Positions 27,205-35,667 of a DNA stretch of 64,000 bases are shown piece after piece. The notes under the pieces were generated by a model that was not told where the DNA came from, made no database searches, and saw nothing but the letters and a program-made list of their open reading frames with translations. The position numbers and the translations under genes are program-made. The DNA is from Patescibacteria group bacterium (GTDB lineage: Bacteria > Patescibacteriota > Patescibacteriia > 2-12-FULL-60-25), in assembly GCA_041661725.1 (NCBI GenBank), contig JBAZTX010000003.1, positions 218,794-282,793 of the forward strand. The letters run 5' to 3'. The first letter of the stretch is position 1; every line of letters starts with the position of its first letter.

Positions 27205-28023
27205 ATGTTCAACTTTATATCCGCAGTCGTACTCGGTTTGGTGGAAGGCGTGACGGAATTTTTGCCGGTGTCATCAACGGGACATTTGATTTTAATCAAT
27301 CAATGGTTTTCTTTCGGCGAACCTTTTACAAAACTTTTTGATATCGTCATTCAATCCGGCGCGATTCTGGCGGTGATAGTTTTATTTTGGAAAGATGTCT
27401 GGCCACCCGCCCTCACCCCAAACCCCTCTCCCACAAGAGCAGGAGAGGGGCTTTCGAAAGAGAGTTGGTTAAGAAACTGGAAGACGGTTTTGATTGCATT
27501 CGTGCCAACTGCGATCATTGGACTGTTATTCGGCAAGATCGCAGAGCAATATCTTTTCACTCCGACGGTTGTCGCCTTGGCGTTGATTTTTTACGGGATT
27601 GTTTTTTTGATTTTGGAAAAACACGACTCGCGAAACGAAAAGTCAGTTGTGACTTTTGGCGATGCTGCAATTATCGGTCTGATCCAAGCTCTCGCACTTG
27701 TGCCTGGCACATCAAGGTCCGGTGCGACGATTATTGGTATGCTTATTTTGGGCTATACGCGCCCGGTTGCCGCTAAGTTTTCTTTCTTGCTCGCGATTCC
27801 GACTTTAATCGCTGCCGGCGGATACTCGCTTTTAAAATACGATGCTTCGATTTCGAGTTCGGAGTGGCTGTTACTGTTTATCGGTTTTATTGTATCTTTC
27901 GCCTCGGCTTTTTTGGTAGTCAAATGGTTTATGGCGTACATCAGCCGCAAAAGCTTCGTTCCTTTTGCCTGGTATCGCCTGATTTTGGGCTTAGTTGTCA
28001 TATTATTCGTCATTTGGGGTTGA
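27205..28023 (+). CDS. uppP: Undecaprenyl-diphosphate phosphatase
   Basis: VEGVTEFLPVSSTGHL and PGTSRSGATI motifs with 8 hydrophobic segments. It carries an in-frame hairpin-repeat insertion (see 27405-27457). Confidence 0.9.
   Translation: MFNFISAVVLGLVEGVTEFLPVSSTGHLILINQWFSFGEPFTKLFDIVIQSGAILAVIVLFWKDVWPPALTPNPSPTRAGEGLSKESWLRNWKTVLIAFVPTAIIGLLFGKIAEQYLFTPTVVALALIFYGIVFLILEKHDSRNEKSVVTFGDAAIIGLIQALALVPGTSRSGATIIGMLILGYTRPVAAKFSFLLAIPTLIAAGGYSLLKYDASISSSEWLLLFIGFIVSFASAFLVVKWFMAYISRKSFVPFAWYRLILGLVVILFVIWG
27405..27457. repeat. GC-rich hairpin element inserted in frame in uppP
   Basis: cccctctcc-cacaagagca-ggagagggg (27423-27450) encodes ...LTPNPSPTRAGEGLS... in a loop region. Related ccccc..ggggg hairpins occur at 43930-43985, 44826-44843 and 58907-58930. 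Confidence 0.75.
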
Positions 28024-28096
28024 CAATGTTTATAAATTAGTACAATCTAAGATATTCCTCGGAATGGTTCCGAGGTTGCACCTTGAGAGGATCATC

Positions 28097-29746
28097 ATGA
28101 AGATGAGAATTGTGGCGCTGCTCATTGCAGCCGTTGTTCTCTGTTTCGGTACGCGGGCTATGGCCCAAGCGCCGTCGCAGGGTCCGACGTCGGCATACCC
28201 GGGCGGCCGCTACACGCGGTACCCGGATCTCAATAGTGCAGTTTGCGACGACAAAATCGCCGCAAACTGTGTCATCACAGTTGACGGGACTGACTATGTC
28301 CCGGGCCTCGTGCACGGCCGCACGCGGCGCGAGACAGCGCTCGCCAACTGCAAGTTGGCGTTCACCCTCCGCCTGCCGGTTCTTGCGCGTTCTGCGCGGG
28401 CACCTCAGCAGTTGGGGGACTTGTTTACGTCAACCGGGGCGCCTCGTGCCTCCGTGTCGTTGAACGCAGCGTGTTTGAAAGCTCTGGGCCGTCGTGATTT
28501 TGATGCCCAGATGCGTGCCCGCGATGCAGCATTCGAAGCTCGTCGTCGCGCGGCAGCTGCCGCTGCAGCATCCTCAGCGACTGTCGTCGCGCGAGCGCCT
28601 GCGCCGTCCGCGGCTCCGGCGCCAACGTACGTCATGACTCCGGAAGAGGCAGCGCGTCTCAAGCAGCTCGAAGCTGCTCTGGAAGCAGAGAGCGCGAGCA
28701 CTCGTGCTCGCGCGCCCAGCAAGCCGGCCGCAAGGCCGACTGTGACCGTAGCGCGAGTTCGTCCCGCAACTGCGCCAAGCGATTGGTGCGGCCTGGGCGA
28801 CAACCTGCAGCTCGTATCCGTCAACGACACCGACGTTGCACGCATCAGGGTTCTCCCCGGTGCGCAGTTCGCGAGCGTTCAGCGCTCGTGCATCGCCAAG
28901 AAGTTCAATGTAGAGTGGGGGATGGCTTACGCCGACTCGCACAACAGCTACAAGAATTTCATCGGAGCCTGTTTCATGCCCGACCGCAAGGTCGAGCTCG
29001 ATACTGACCGCATGTCGGTCAAGTCGTGGGACAAGACCAAGCTCGACGGTCCTGTCGACGTCACATTCATGAAGGACTGCGAGGCCAAGGGCGGCGAGTT
29101 TCGATTCGCTCTCCAGGCCGGACAGATCATCACTCTCTCGGCAAAGAACTCAGAAAGCGAGAGTCAGCCGACTCCGCCGACGGTAAGCGCGCCCAACGAG
29201 GCGCCCGACGAGACTCCGCCTCTCGAGGCAGAGTCCAACCCCGCACCTTCAACGGATCCGACAGCCGTCGCCCTGGCGACGCCGCCGGTGCCAGAATCGT
29301 CTGCGGGAAGTCCCGCGCCTGTTGCATCGCTCGAGGGGGCCGTTGCCTCCTCACCGACTGCGTCAGCTTCGAATGTGTTGCCTCCCGTTAACGTCGCGGC
29401 AACGCGTCCCGCGCCTAGCGGGGACTTCCAACGGGCCGTGCAACAACATGAAGCCGCTCAGCGGCTCATGAAGTGGCCGGCATACATAGCGCTGTTGCTC
29501 GCAGCAGCGCTAATGATCGTTTGGATTGTGGTACGGAGGCGGAGGATTGAACTCCGCGACCCGTACGTCCCAATACGTATGCGGACAGAAGAGGGGGTTC
29601 CCTCAAGAATAACGATAGTACCCGCGCCTGAGCCTCCGCCTCTCGAGGCAGTGAGCATCTCGTTGGAGACCAGCGAGGAACTGAGCGCTTCTGACCCGTT
29701 CCCTTCGATACGTCCGCCGCAGAATGCGCCCGGCGGAATCAGTTGA
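28097..29746 (+). CDS. GC-rich secreted, C-terminally membrane-anchored Ala/Pro-rich protein, hypothetical
   Basis: Signal peptide [25 protein letters not shown], Cys-containing domains, low-complexity A/P/R tracts and a C-terminal TM + stop-transfer (ALLLAAALMIVWIVVRRRR). G/C-ending codons dominate. SD gagagg, with TTGACA at 28020 and TACAAT at 28041. Confidence 0.7.
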   Translation: MKMRIVALLIAAVVLCFGTRAMAQAPSQGPTSAYPGGRYTRYPDLNSAVCDDKIAANCVITVDGTDYVPGLVHGRTRRETALANCKLAFTLRLPVLARSARAPQQLGDLFTSTGAPRASVSLNAACLKALGRRDFDAQMRARDAAFEARRRAAAAAAASSATVVARAPAPSAAPAPTYVMTPEEAARLKQLEAALEAESASTRARAPSKPAARPTVTVARVRPATAPSDWCGLGDNLQLVSVNDTDVARIRVLPGAQFASVQRSCIAKKFNVEWGMAYADSHNSYKNFIGACFMPDRKVELDTDRMSVKSWDKTKLDGPVDVTFMKDCEAKGGEFRFALQAGQIITLSAKNSESESQPTPPTVSAPNEAPDETPPLEAESNPAPSTDPTAVALATPPVPESSAGSPAPVASLEGAVASSPTASASNVLPPVNVAATRPAPSGDFQRAVQQHEAAQRLMKWPAYIALLLAAALMIVWIVVRRRRIELRDPYVPIRMRTEEGVPSRITIVPAPEPPPLEAVSISLETSEELSASDPFPSIRPPQNAPGGIS

Positions 29747-29909
29747 TGACGGCCTGCCGACGCCGTCCTTAAACTCAAGTCGACCGTCCCCATTTCGGAC
29801 GCTTCAGCTCTCACTCTGCTGCCCTTAGCTTTATAGCGCAGGCAGCTCTTTTTTTTAACTAAAATTTTTTAATTGTACATTGTTCCTTGTTAATTGTATG
29901 ATTGTTCCC

Positions 29910-30497
29910 ATGTCATTGGTTGATTACCAAAAAAACACAGATGAGGAACTGGCGTCCATAGTGCCTACGGACCACAGGGCTTTTGTGCCTTTGGTGAGGC
30001 GTTATGAATCCAAACTTTTGGCTTATATCAGGCGCATCAGTGGATTCCAAAAGGAGGATGCGGAAGATATTTTGCAGGATGCTTTTGTCGATGCTTACCG
30101 CCATATTGCCGGTTTTGATCCGCATTTGAAGTTTTCCAGCTGGATTTATCGTATAGTACATAACAGGACGATCTCGGCTTACCGCAAGCACAAGTCATCT
30201 TTTAACAATGTTTCCATAGATGACGAGGATATGGGTTTTGAAAGATTGCTGGCCGCAAAAGAGGAAAGTCAGAATTTGGTAGAAAGTTCATTAAACTCAA
30301 AAGTCATAAAACAAATATTAGACAAATTACCTCCTCGCGATAAGGAGGTGTTGGTCTTGGCATATATCGAAGAAAAGTCATACGAGGAAATGAGCGACAT
30401 TTTGCAGGCTCCCATTGGCACTGTAGGCACATGGATCAGGCGCGCCAGGCAAAAGTTCGCAAAATTGGGAGATGAGTATCCCAACCTAATAAGATAA
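29910..30497 (+). CDS. ECF-type RNA polymerase sigma factor
   Basis: Region 2 (EDILQDAFVDAYRHIAGFD...FSSWIYRIVHNRTISAYRK) and region 4 (LPPRDKEVLVLAYIEEKSYEEMSDILQAPIGTVGTWIRRARQKF). Confidence 0.85.
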   Translation: MSLVDYQKNTDEELASIVPTDHRAFVPLVRRYESKLLAYIRRISGFQKEDAEDILQDAFVDAYRHIAGFDPHLKFSSWIYRIVHNRTISAYRKHKSSFNNVSIDDEDMGFERLLAAKEESQNLVESSLNSKVIKQILDKLPPRDKEVLVLAYIEEKSYEEMSDILQAPIGTVGTWIRRARQKFAKLGDEYPNLIR

Positions 30498-30500
30498 AAT

Positions 30501-31250
30501 ATGAGCATAGCCGATCAATTTGAGAAAAAAATTCAAACCGGAGAACTTGCCACGCCCATTCCGCGCTGGGTGGTTATCCTTAAGCACGCCGCGCTATGGA
30601 CGGCATTTACGTTGGTCGCAATGTTTGCCGCGGTTTCCGCAGGCGTGTTTGTTTGGTTTATTTTAGACCCCGTAAATTTGACGATTGATGCAGGCAGATC
30701 AATATCCCTTGATAGATTTTTGGATGTACTGCCTCTGCTGTGGGCTATCGTGAGTTTTGCATGCGCTCTGCTGGCCGTTTGGATCTTTACAAAATCTCCG
30801 CGCGGTTACAGATTCAGAGTTGCTGCGGTTTTAGTGATTTGTTTTTTTGCCATTGCATCTTTGGGAGTAGCGGCTGCTTCCTCCGGCATCGCCAACCGCG
30901 TAGAAGAAATGGCCTCCAGATTCGTTCCCGAATATTCGTTGATGGCCAGACCGCGAATTTTAAAAATGATGAACCCCGGCATGGGCATGATTGTCGGCCG
31001 TATAGAATCCTTTGGAACCTCCACTCTGGAATTGAGCGATCCGGAAGGTTTTTTTTGGACGTTCAGTATTAATCCGCAGGACATGCCTCAAATGATAAGG
31101 TCTATGCAGCCGGGCGCCTGCGTTCGCATTGTGGGTGACGTTAGCAGCACGAGCAGAACAGGTGAAGTTGAGATTCTTAGGCCATGCCCTCGCGGCGTGC
31201 GTTTGCATCCTCCGGTAATGCCTCCGGTAATGCCTTTATTCAATCGATAA
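30501..31250 (+). CDS. Multi-pass membrane protein, candidate anti-sigma partner
   Basis: Starts 3 nt after the sigma gene stop. It has four hydrophobic segments followed by a soluble C-terminal domain. No zf-HC2 motif is seen. Confidence 0.5.
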   Translation: MSIADQFEKKIQTGELATPIPRWVVILKHAALWTAFTLVAMFAAVSAGVFVWFILDPVNLTIDAGRSISLDRFLDVLPLLWAIVSFACALLAVWIFTKSPRGYRFRVAAVLVICFFAIASLGVAAASSGIANRVEEMASRFVPEYSLMARPRILKMMNPGMGMIVGRIESFGTSTLELSDPEGFFWTFSINPQDMPQMIRSMQPGACVRIVGDVSSTSRTGEVEILRPCPRGVRLHPPVMPPVMPLFNR

Positions 31251-31286
31251 TGTTTTTGAGTTTTGTTGTTGTGCTATGATGTTCGC

Positions 31287-31736
31287 ATGACTGGAAAGCG
31301 CACTTACGCAGCTCATGCGATCAGCATGTTGGGAAGCTGGTGGGGAATTGCCTGCTCGGTTATTTTGGTTTTTATAATTCATCCCGTACCTTTGGAAAAA
31401 GGATTGAATTTGCTACTTTGGGTTTTTGTCCCGACGATAGCATCTGAAGGATTTAAATTAATTATTCGCCGTCCGCGCCCTGCGATGAGAGGCGAGACAG
31501 TTAAAGTCAAAGCATACGGATATAGCTTTCCAAGCTCGCACACGGTTGCCGCAACGATGCTTGCCGCTTGGATTTTGCTTGTGCCGGAAATCCGTTGGTG
31601 GTCGTGGCTGTTTTTAACCTGGCCGATCGCAGTCGGCTGGTCGCGCGTATGGCTACGTGCGCACGACGCGATCGACGTTGCGGGCGGTATTGCGTTCGGA
31701 GCGATTTGGTCGCTTTTGTTCAGCTTGTTGTTCTAA
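31287..31736 (+). CDS. PAP2-family lipid phosphatase
   Basis: KLIIRRPRP, PSSH and SRVWLRAHDAIDV match K-x6-RP / PSGH / SR-x5-H-x3-D. First ATG in frame. Confidence 0.8.
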   Translation: MTGKRTYAAHAISMLGSWWGIACSVILVFIIHPVPLEKGLNLLLWVFVPTIASEGFKLIIRRPRPAMRGETVKVKAYGYSFPSSHTVAATMLAAWILLVPEIRWWSWLFLTWPIAVGWSRVWLRAHDAIDVAGGIAFGAIWSLLFSLLF

Positions 31737-31823
31737 AAAAATAACAAATAACAAATAACAAGAGCAACTAAGCGACTCTTGATATTTGTATTTAAAAAAA
31801 GAGCCTCGTCAGCAGTCGATGGG

Positions 31824-32309
31824 CTAGTGGGAGAAGCTGCTTGCGAGGCGCGAGAGAGTCGCGCGATCAAGATCTATTTCGAGGTGAGTTAGCTTGTATT
31901 CGCGGATGATATTCATCGCATTCAGCAGATCCGCTTCAGTGCCGCCGTCGAGTAATGCTTTGACGGTTTGGAGCGCATGTTTGCGAAGAAGGATGTCGAG
32001 AAATATCGGAGAGATCTCAGCGCTCACGCAGGTCACCACTGCTTTGCACTGACCGTTGCATTGCAGCATGGAATTCAGCTCAACGGCCGCCTGAACGTCT
32101 GCGTGAGCTTTGCAGCGCATCGCCAAGTCGTGTGCGTGATGAAGCAGGTGAGTCTGAAGTTCCGTGGGTTCCAGATCAAGCTCTTCGAAAGAGATATGCT
32201 TGTTAAGTATTAGCTTGTCCAAACCGTGAGCATGCTCCGTGTCGCCGTTCCTGCATTGAGCCAGAAAAGCTTTTGCAAGATGAACCAGGAATGTCTTGTC
32301 GATCGTCAT
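31824..32309 (-). CDS. Hypothetical protein (GC-richer orphan cassette)
   Basis: 161 aa, helical and His-rich. It has an SD (cggagga) and its own promoter. Confidence 0.6.
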   Translation of the reverse strand: MTIDKTFLVHLAKAFLAQCRNGDTEHAHGLDKLILNKHISFEELDLEPTELQTHLLHHAHDLAMRCKAHADVQAAVELNSMLQCNGQCKAVVTCVSAEISPIFLDILLRKHALQTVKALLDGGTEADLLNAMNIIREYKLTHLEIDLDRATLSRLASSFSH

Positions 32310-32348
32310 CGGTTATCCTCCGAGGAAAGAGCGTGGTTGATAAAAAAT

Positions 32349-32377
32349 ACCATAAGATATTTTTAACGTTTTGTCAA
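32349..32377 (-). promoter_or_regulatory. Sigma70-type promoter for 31824-32309
   Basis: Minus strand reads TTGACA, 17 nt spacer, TATGGT. Confidence 0.6.
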
Positions 32378-32425
32378 TCCTGGACTGTTCTGTTGCGGTA
32401 AACGTGCTAAGCTTTAAGTATCATT

Positions 32426-33571
32426 ATGCTGTCATCCAAACCCAGAGCGATTTTGATTGATGTTATTCCGCCTCGCATGCCGGATAAAGAAGCGAAGCGG
32501 CGCATTTATGAATTGGAAAATTTAACGCAAACATACGGCGGCATAGTCGTTGTCAAAATCATTCAAAAACGCGCGATTCCTGATTACAAAACCTTTGTCG
32601 GTTTGGGCAAGTTGGAAGATATTGTTGCGCTTGCGAAAGAAGAGAAAGTGGAGCTTATTGTCCTCAACAATATTTTAAAACCGCATCAGATTTTTAATAT
32701 CGAAAAGCGCGTGGAAAAAGAGCGCATCGCGGTTTGGGATCGCATCGATATGATACTTAAAATTTTTCAAAAGCATGCGACGACCATCGAAGCTAAATTG
32801 CAGATAAGGCTCGCAGGTATTCGTCACATGGGGCCGCGCATCTTTCGCATGGGTTTGGAGTTGGGCCAGCAGCAAGGCGGTATCGGCGTGCGCGGCGGCG
32901 GCGAGACCAACATCGAGATCATGAAACGCCATCTGGCCGAGCAGGAAAGATCGATTAAAAATCAGCTCGCGAAAATTTCCAATACGCGTGGCCAGCATCG
33001 CGCGCGTCGCGATCGTCTGGGGCTCAAAACAATTTCAATCGTTGGTTACACCAATGCGGGCAAATCATCGCTCTTAAACGCGCTGACTCGCAAAGGCGCC
33101 TACGTCGCCGATGAACTTTTCGCGACGCTGGACACTCGCGTCGCCAAACTCTGGCTGCCGCTGCAGACAACAGACGACAGACAACAGACGACAGCAGAAG
33201 CTGCGGGACGATCGGTTTTGCTGTCCGACACCATCGGCTTCATTCAAGATCTTCCGCCGGAACTCATCGACGCATTCAAATCCACGCTCGAAGAAACGAT
33301 AGAAGCGGAATTAATTCTGCATGTCATCGACGTAAGCGATCCTTTTGTCCACGAAAAAATAGAAGAAGTCGAACAGATTCTAGATCAACTCGGCGTGAGT
33401 AAGACGCCTAAAATTTACGTCTTCAATAAAACCGATTTGGTAAAAAGAATTCCCAAAACAACATTGCTTAAGCGCTACAAACAAATGACGCCGGTTTTTG
33501 TGTCGGCGTTGAAGGGTGAGGGGTTGGAAGAGTTGAAGAAGCAGATCGCCCGTGTTTTATTGACGTTTTAG
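32426..33571 (+). CDS. hflX: GTPase HflX
   Basis: HflX N-domain, G1 GYTNAGKSSLLNAL, G3 DTIGF, G4 NKTD. It has an in-frame repeat insertion between G2 and G3. Confidence 0.9.
   Translation: MLSSKPRAILIDVIPPRMPDKEAKRRIYELENLTQTYGGIVVVKIIQKRAIPDYKTFVGLGKLEDIVALAKEEKVELIVLNNILKPHQIFNIEKRVEKERIAVWDRIDMILKIFQKHATTIEAKLQIRLAGIRHMGPRIFRMGLELGQQQGGIGVRGGGETNIEIMKRHLAEQERSIKNQLAKISNTRGQHRARRDRLGLKTISIVGYTNAGKSSLLNALTRKGAYVADELFATLDTRVAKLWLPLQTTDDRQQTTAEAAGRSVLLSDTIGFIQDLPPELIDAFKSTLEETIEAELILHVIDVSDPFVHEKIEEVEQILDQLGVSKTPKIYVFNKTDLVKRIPKTTLLKRYKQMTPVFVSALKGEGLEELKKQIARVLLTF
33164..33197. repeat. cagacgaca/cagacaaca stutter repeat inserted in frame in hflX
   Basis: cagacaacagacgacagacaacagacgacagcag encodes LQTTDDRQQTTAEAA. 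It is the reverse complement of the gtcgtctgt word blocks found just upstream of the ATGs at 18177, 19486 and 61021. Confidence 0.8.
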
Positions 33572-33624
33572 CCCAGTTTTGTTATTCTTGGCTAACAATA
33601 ATAGTTTAATTTTTTAATTTTTGT

Positions 33625-35619
33625 ATGAATTCATACCTACTGTTCGCGCTGATTTCGGCGCTAGTTGCGTTGGGATGGGGAGCTTATCTTGTTAGTTGGA
33701 TTCTTAAACAGAATCATGGCGAGGGCAAGATGGTGGAGATTTCCAAAGCCATCCAAGAAGGCGCGCAAGCTTATTTAAAGCGTCAATATACCGTTATCGC
33801 CTACATCGGAGCGGCTATTTTTGTTCTGCTCTGGCTGACTCTTGGCTGGAAGATGGCGCTCGGCTTTTTGGTTGGTTCAGTTCTTTCCGGTCTTGCGGGT
33901 TATGTTGGCATGAGCGTTTCGGTTCGCGCCAATGTGCGCACAACTCAAGCCGCAAAGAAAGGTATGAAGGAGGCTTTGGACGTTGCGGTTAAAGGCGGAA
34001 CGGTTACCGGACTTTTCGTTGTCGGTCTCGCTCTTCTTGGTGTAACCGGTTTTTATTGGTTGGTCGGTGACTTGAGAGCTCTGATCGGTCTTGGTTTTGG
34101 CGGATCTTTGATCTCACTTTTTGCCCGTCTTGGCGGCGGTATCTTCACTAAAGCCGCGGACGTGGGTGCGGATCTCGTGGGTAAAGTCGAAGCGGGTATT
34201 CCGGAAGACGATCCTCGCAATCCGGCTGTGATTGCAGATAACGTCGGCGATAACGTCGGCGATTGCGCCGGTATGGCCGCAGATTTGTTCGAGACGTATG
34301 TTGTGACGGCTGTGGCTGCGATGTTGCTTGGGTCGTTGGCTTTTAAAGGCAATTCAAATGTTTTGCTTTATCCGTTGGTGATAGGCGGCGTATCCATCAT
34401 CACCTCGATTGTCGGCACATTCTTTATTCGCCTGGGTGAAAATAAAAACATCATGGGTGCGTTGTACAAAGGCTTGATTGCAGCCGGTGTTTTGGCGGCG
34501 ATTGCTTTCTGGTTTGTTGCATTCAAATTTTTCCCGGCCGGTTCCGCCGTCAGTGCTTACGCGATATTCAAATGTTCATTTATCGGTTTGCTCGTGACTG
34601 CTGGCATGGTTTGGATTACGGAATACTACACTTCGACAAAATATAAACCTGTTCAGAAAATCGCCGAAGCTTCGCAGACAGGACATGGCACGAACGTGAT
34701 TGCAGGTCTTGCCATGAGCATGAAGTCGACCGCGTTACCGGTCATCTTAATCAGCATTGCGATTTTGTGGGCTTATTCGTTGGCCGGTCTTTACGGCATC
34801 GCCGTTGCGGCTATGGCCATGCTTTCGCTCGCGGGTATCATCGTCACGATTGATGCATACGGTCCTATCACGGATAACGCCGGCGGCATCGCCGAGATGG
34901 CCGAGTTGCCGGAAGAAGTTCGTGAAGTCACCGATCCTCTTGATGCTGTCGGTAACACAACTAAGGCTGTCACCAAAGGTTACGCTATCGCATCAGCCGG
35001 ACTTGCGGCTTTGGTTCTCTTCGCCTCTTACACTCAAGAGTTTGCAGATGCTGGCAAGACGCTCGTATTTGCTTTGCAGGATCCTAAGGTCATCGTAGGT
35101 TTGTTCATCGGCGGTTTGCTGCCGTATCTTTTTGGCGCATTTGCCATGGAGGCTGTCGGCAAAACAGCCGGCGCAGTGGTGGAAGAAGTTCGTCGTCAAT
35201 TCCGCGAAATTCCAGGTATCATGGAAGGTACAGGCAAGCCTGAATATGGAAAAGCCGTCGATATTGTGACGCGCGGTGCTTTAAAGAGCATGATTGTTCC
35301 CGCTTTGTTGCCGGTTCTAGCTCCGATTGTTGTCGGCTGGTTGCTTGGCCCGGTTGCATTGGGCGGCTTGCTCGTCGGTTCAATCGTCACTGGTTTGTTC
35401 GTTGCGATTTCGATGACTTCAGGCGGCGGCGCATGGGACAATGCAAAGAAATATATTGAATCAGGACATTTTGGCGGCAAGAAATCATTTGCTCACCAAG
35501 CTGCGGTCACTGGCGATACTGTCGGCGATCCGTACAAAGATACCGCCGGCCCGGCCATCAACCCGATGATCAAGATTTTGAACATCGTTGCGCTGTTGAT
35601 TGCGGCGTGGATGATGTAA
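33625..35619 (+). CDS. hppA: Membrane-bound ion-translocating pyrophosphatase
   Basis: [38 protein letters not shown] and [18 protein letters not shown], with ~15 TM helices. Confidence 0.95.
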   Translation: MNSYLLFALISALVALGWGAYLVSWILKQNHGEGKMVEISKAIQEGAQAYLKRQYTVIAYIGAAIFVLLWLTLGWKMALGFLVGSVLSGLAGYVGMSVSVRANVRTTQAAKKGMKEALDVAVKGGTVTGLFVVGLALLGVTGFYWLVGDLRALIGLGFGGSLISLFARLGGGIFTKAADVGADLVGKVEAGIPEDDPRNPAVIADNVGDNVGDCAGMAADLFETYVVTAVAAMLLGSLAFKGNSNVLLYPLVIGGVSIITSIVGTFFIRLGENKNIMGALYKGLIAAGVLAAIAFWFVAFKFFPAGSAVSAYAIFKCSFIGLLVTAGMVWITEYYTSTKYKPVQKIAEASQTGHGTNVIAGLAMSMKSTALPVILISIAILWAYSLAGLYGIAVAAMAMLSLAGIIVTIDAYGPITDNAGGIAEMAELPEEVREVTDPLDAVGNTTKAVTKGYAIASAGLAALVLFASYTQEFADAGKTLVFALQDPKVIVGLFIGGLLPYLFGAFAMEAVGKTAGAVVEEVRRQFREIPGIMEGTGKPEYGKAVDIVTRGALKSMIVPALLPVLAPIVVGWLLGPVALGGLLVGSIVTGLFVAISMTSGGGAWDNAKKYIESGHFGGKKSFAHQAAVTGDTVGDPYKDTAGPAINPMIKILNIVALLIAAWMM

Positions 35620-35637
35620 AAACGTCCCCGTTTTTAT

Positions 35638-35667
35638 CGTAGGGACAGGTCGCGACCTGTCCCTACG
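35638..35667. terminator. Perfect 13 bp palindrome between convergent hppA and glpK
   Basis: cgtagggacaggtcgcgacctgtccctacg. It overlaps the glpK stop codon. Confidence 0.7.

Noticed and set aside
28405-28942. Long antisense or overlapping ORFs lie inside real genes, for example 810-1352(-), 5431-5979(-), 28405-28845(-), 28574-28942(-), 54387-54986(+), 58077-58544(-) and 56038-56604(+).
   Set aside because: They are shadow ORFs on the opposite strand or an alternative frame of genes with clear motifs or better start signals. High GC content inflates spurious ORF length. None has an SD or promoter of its own.
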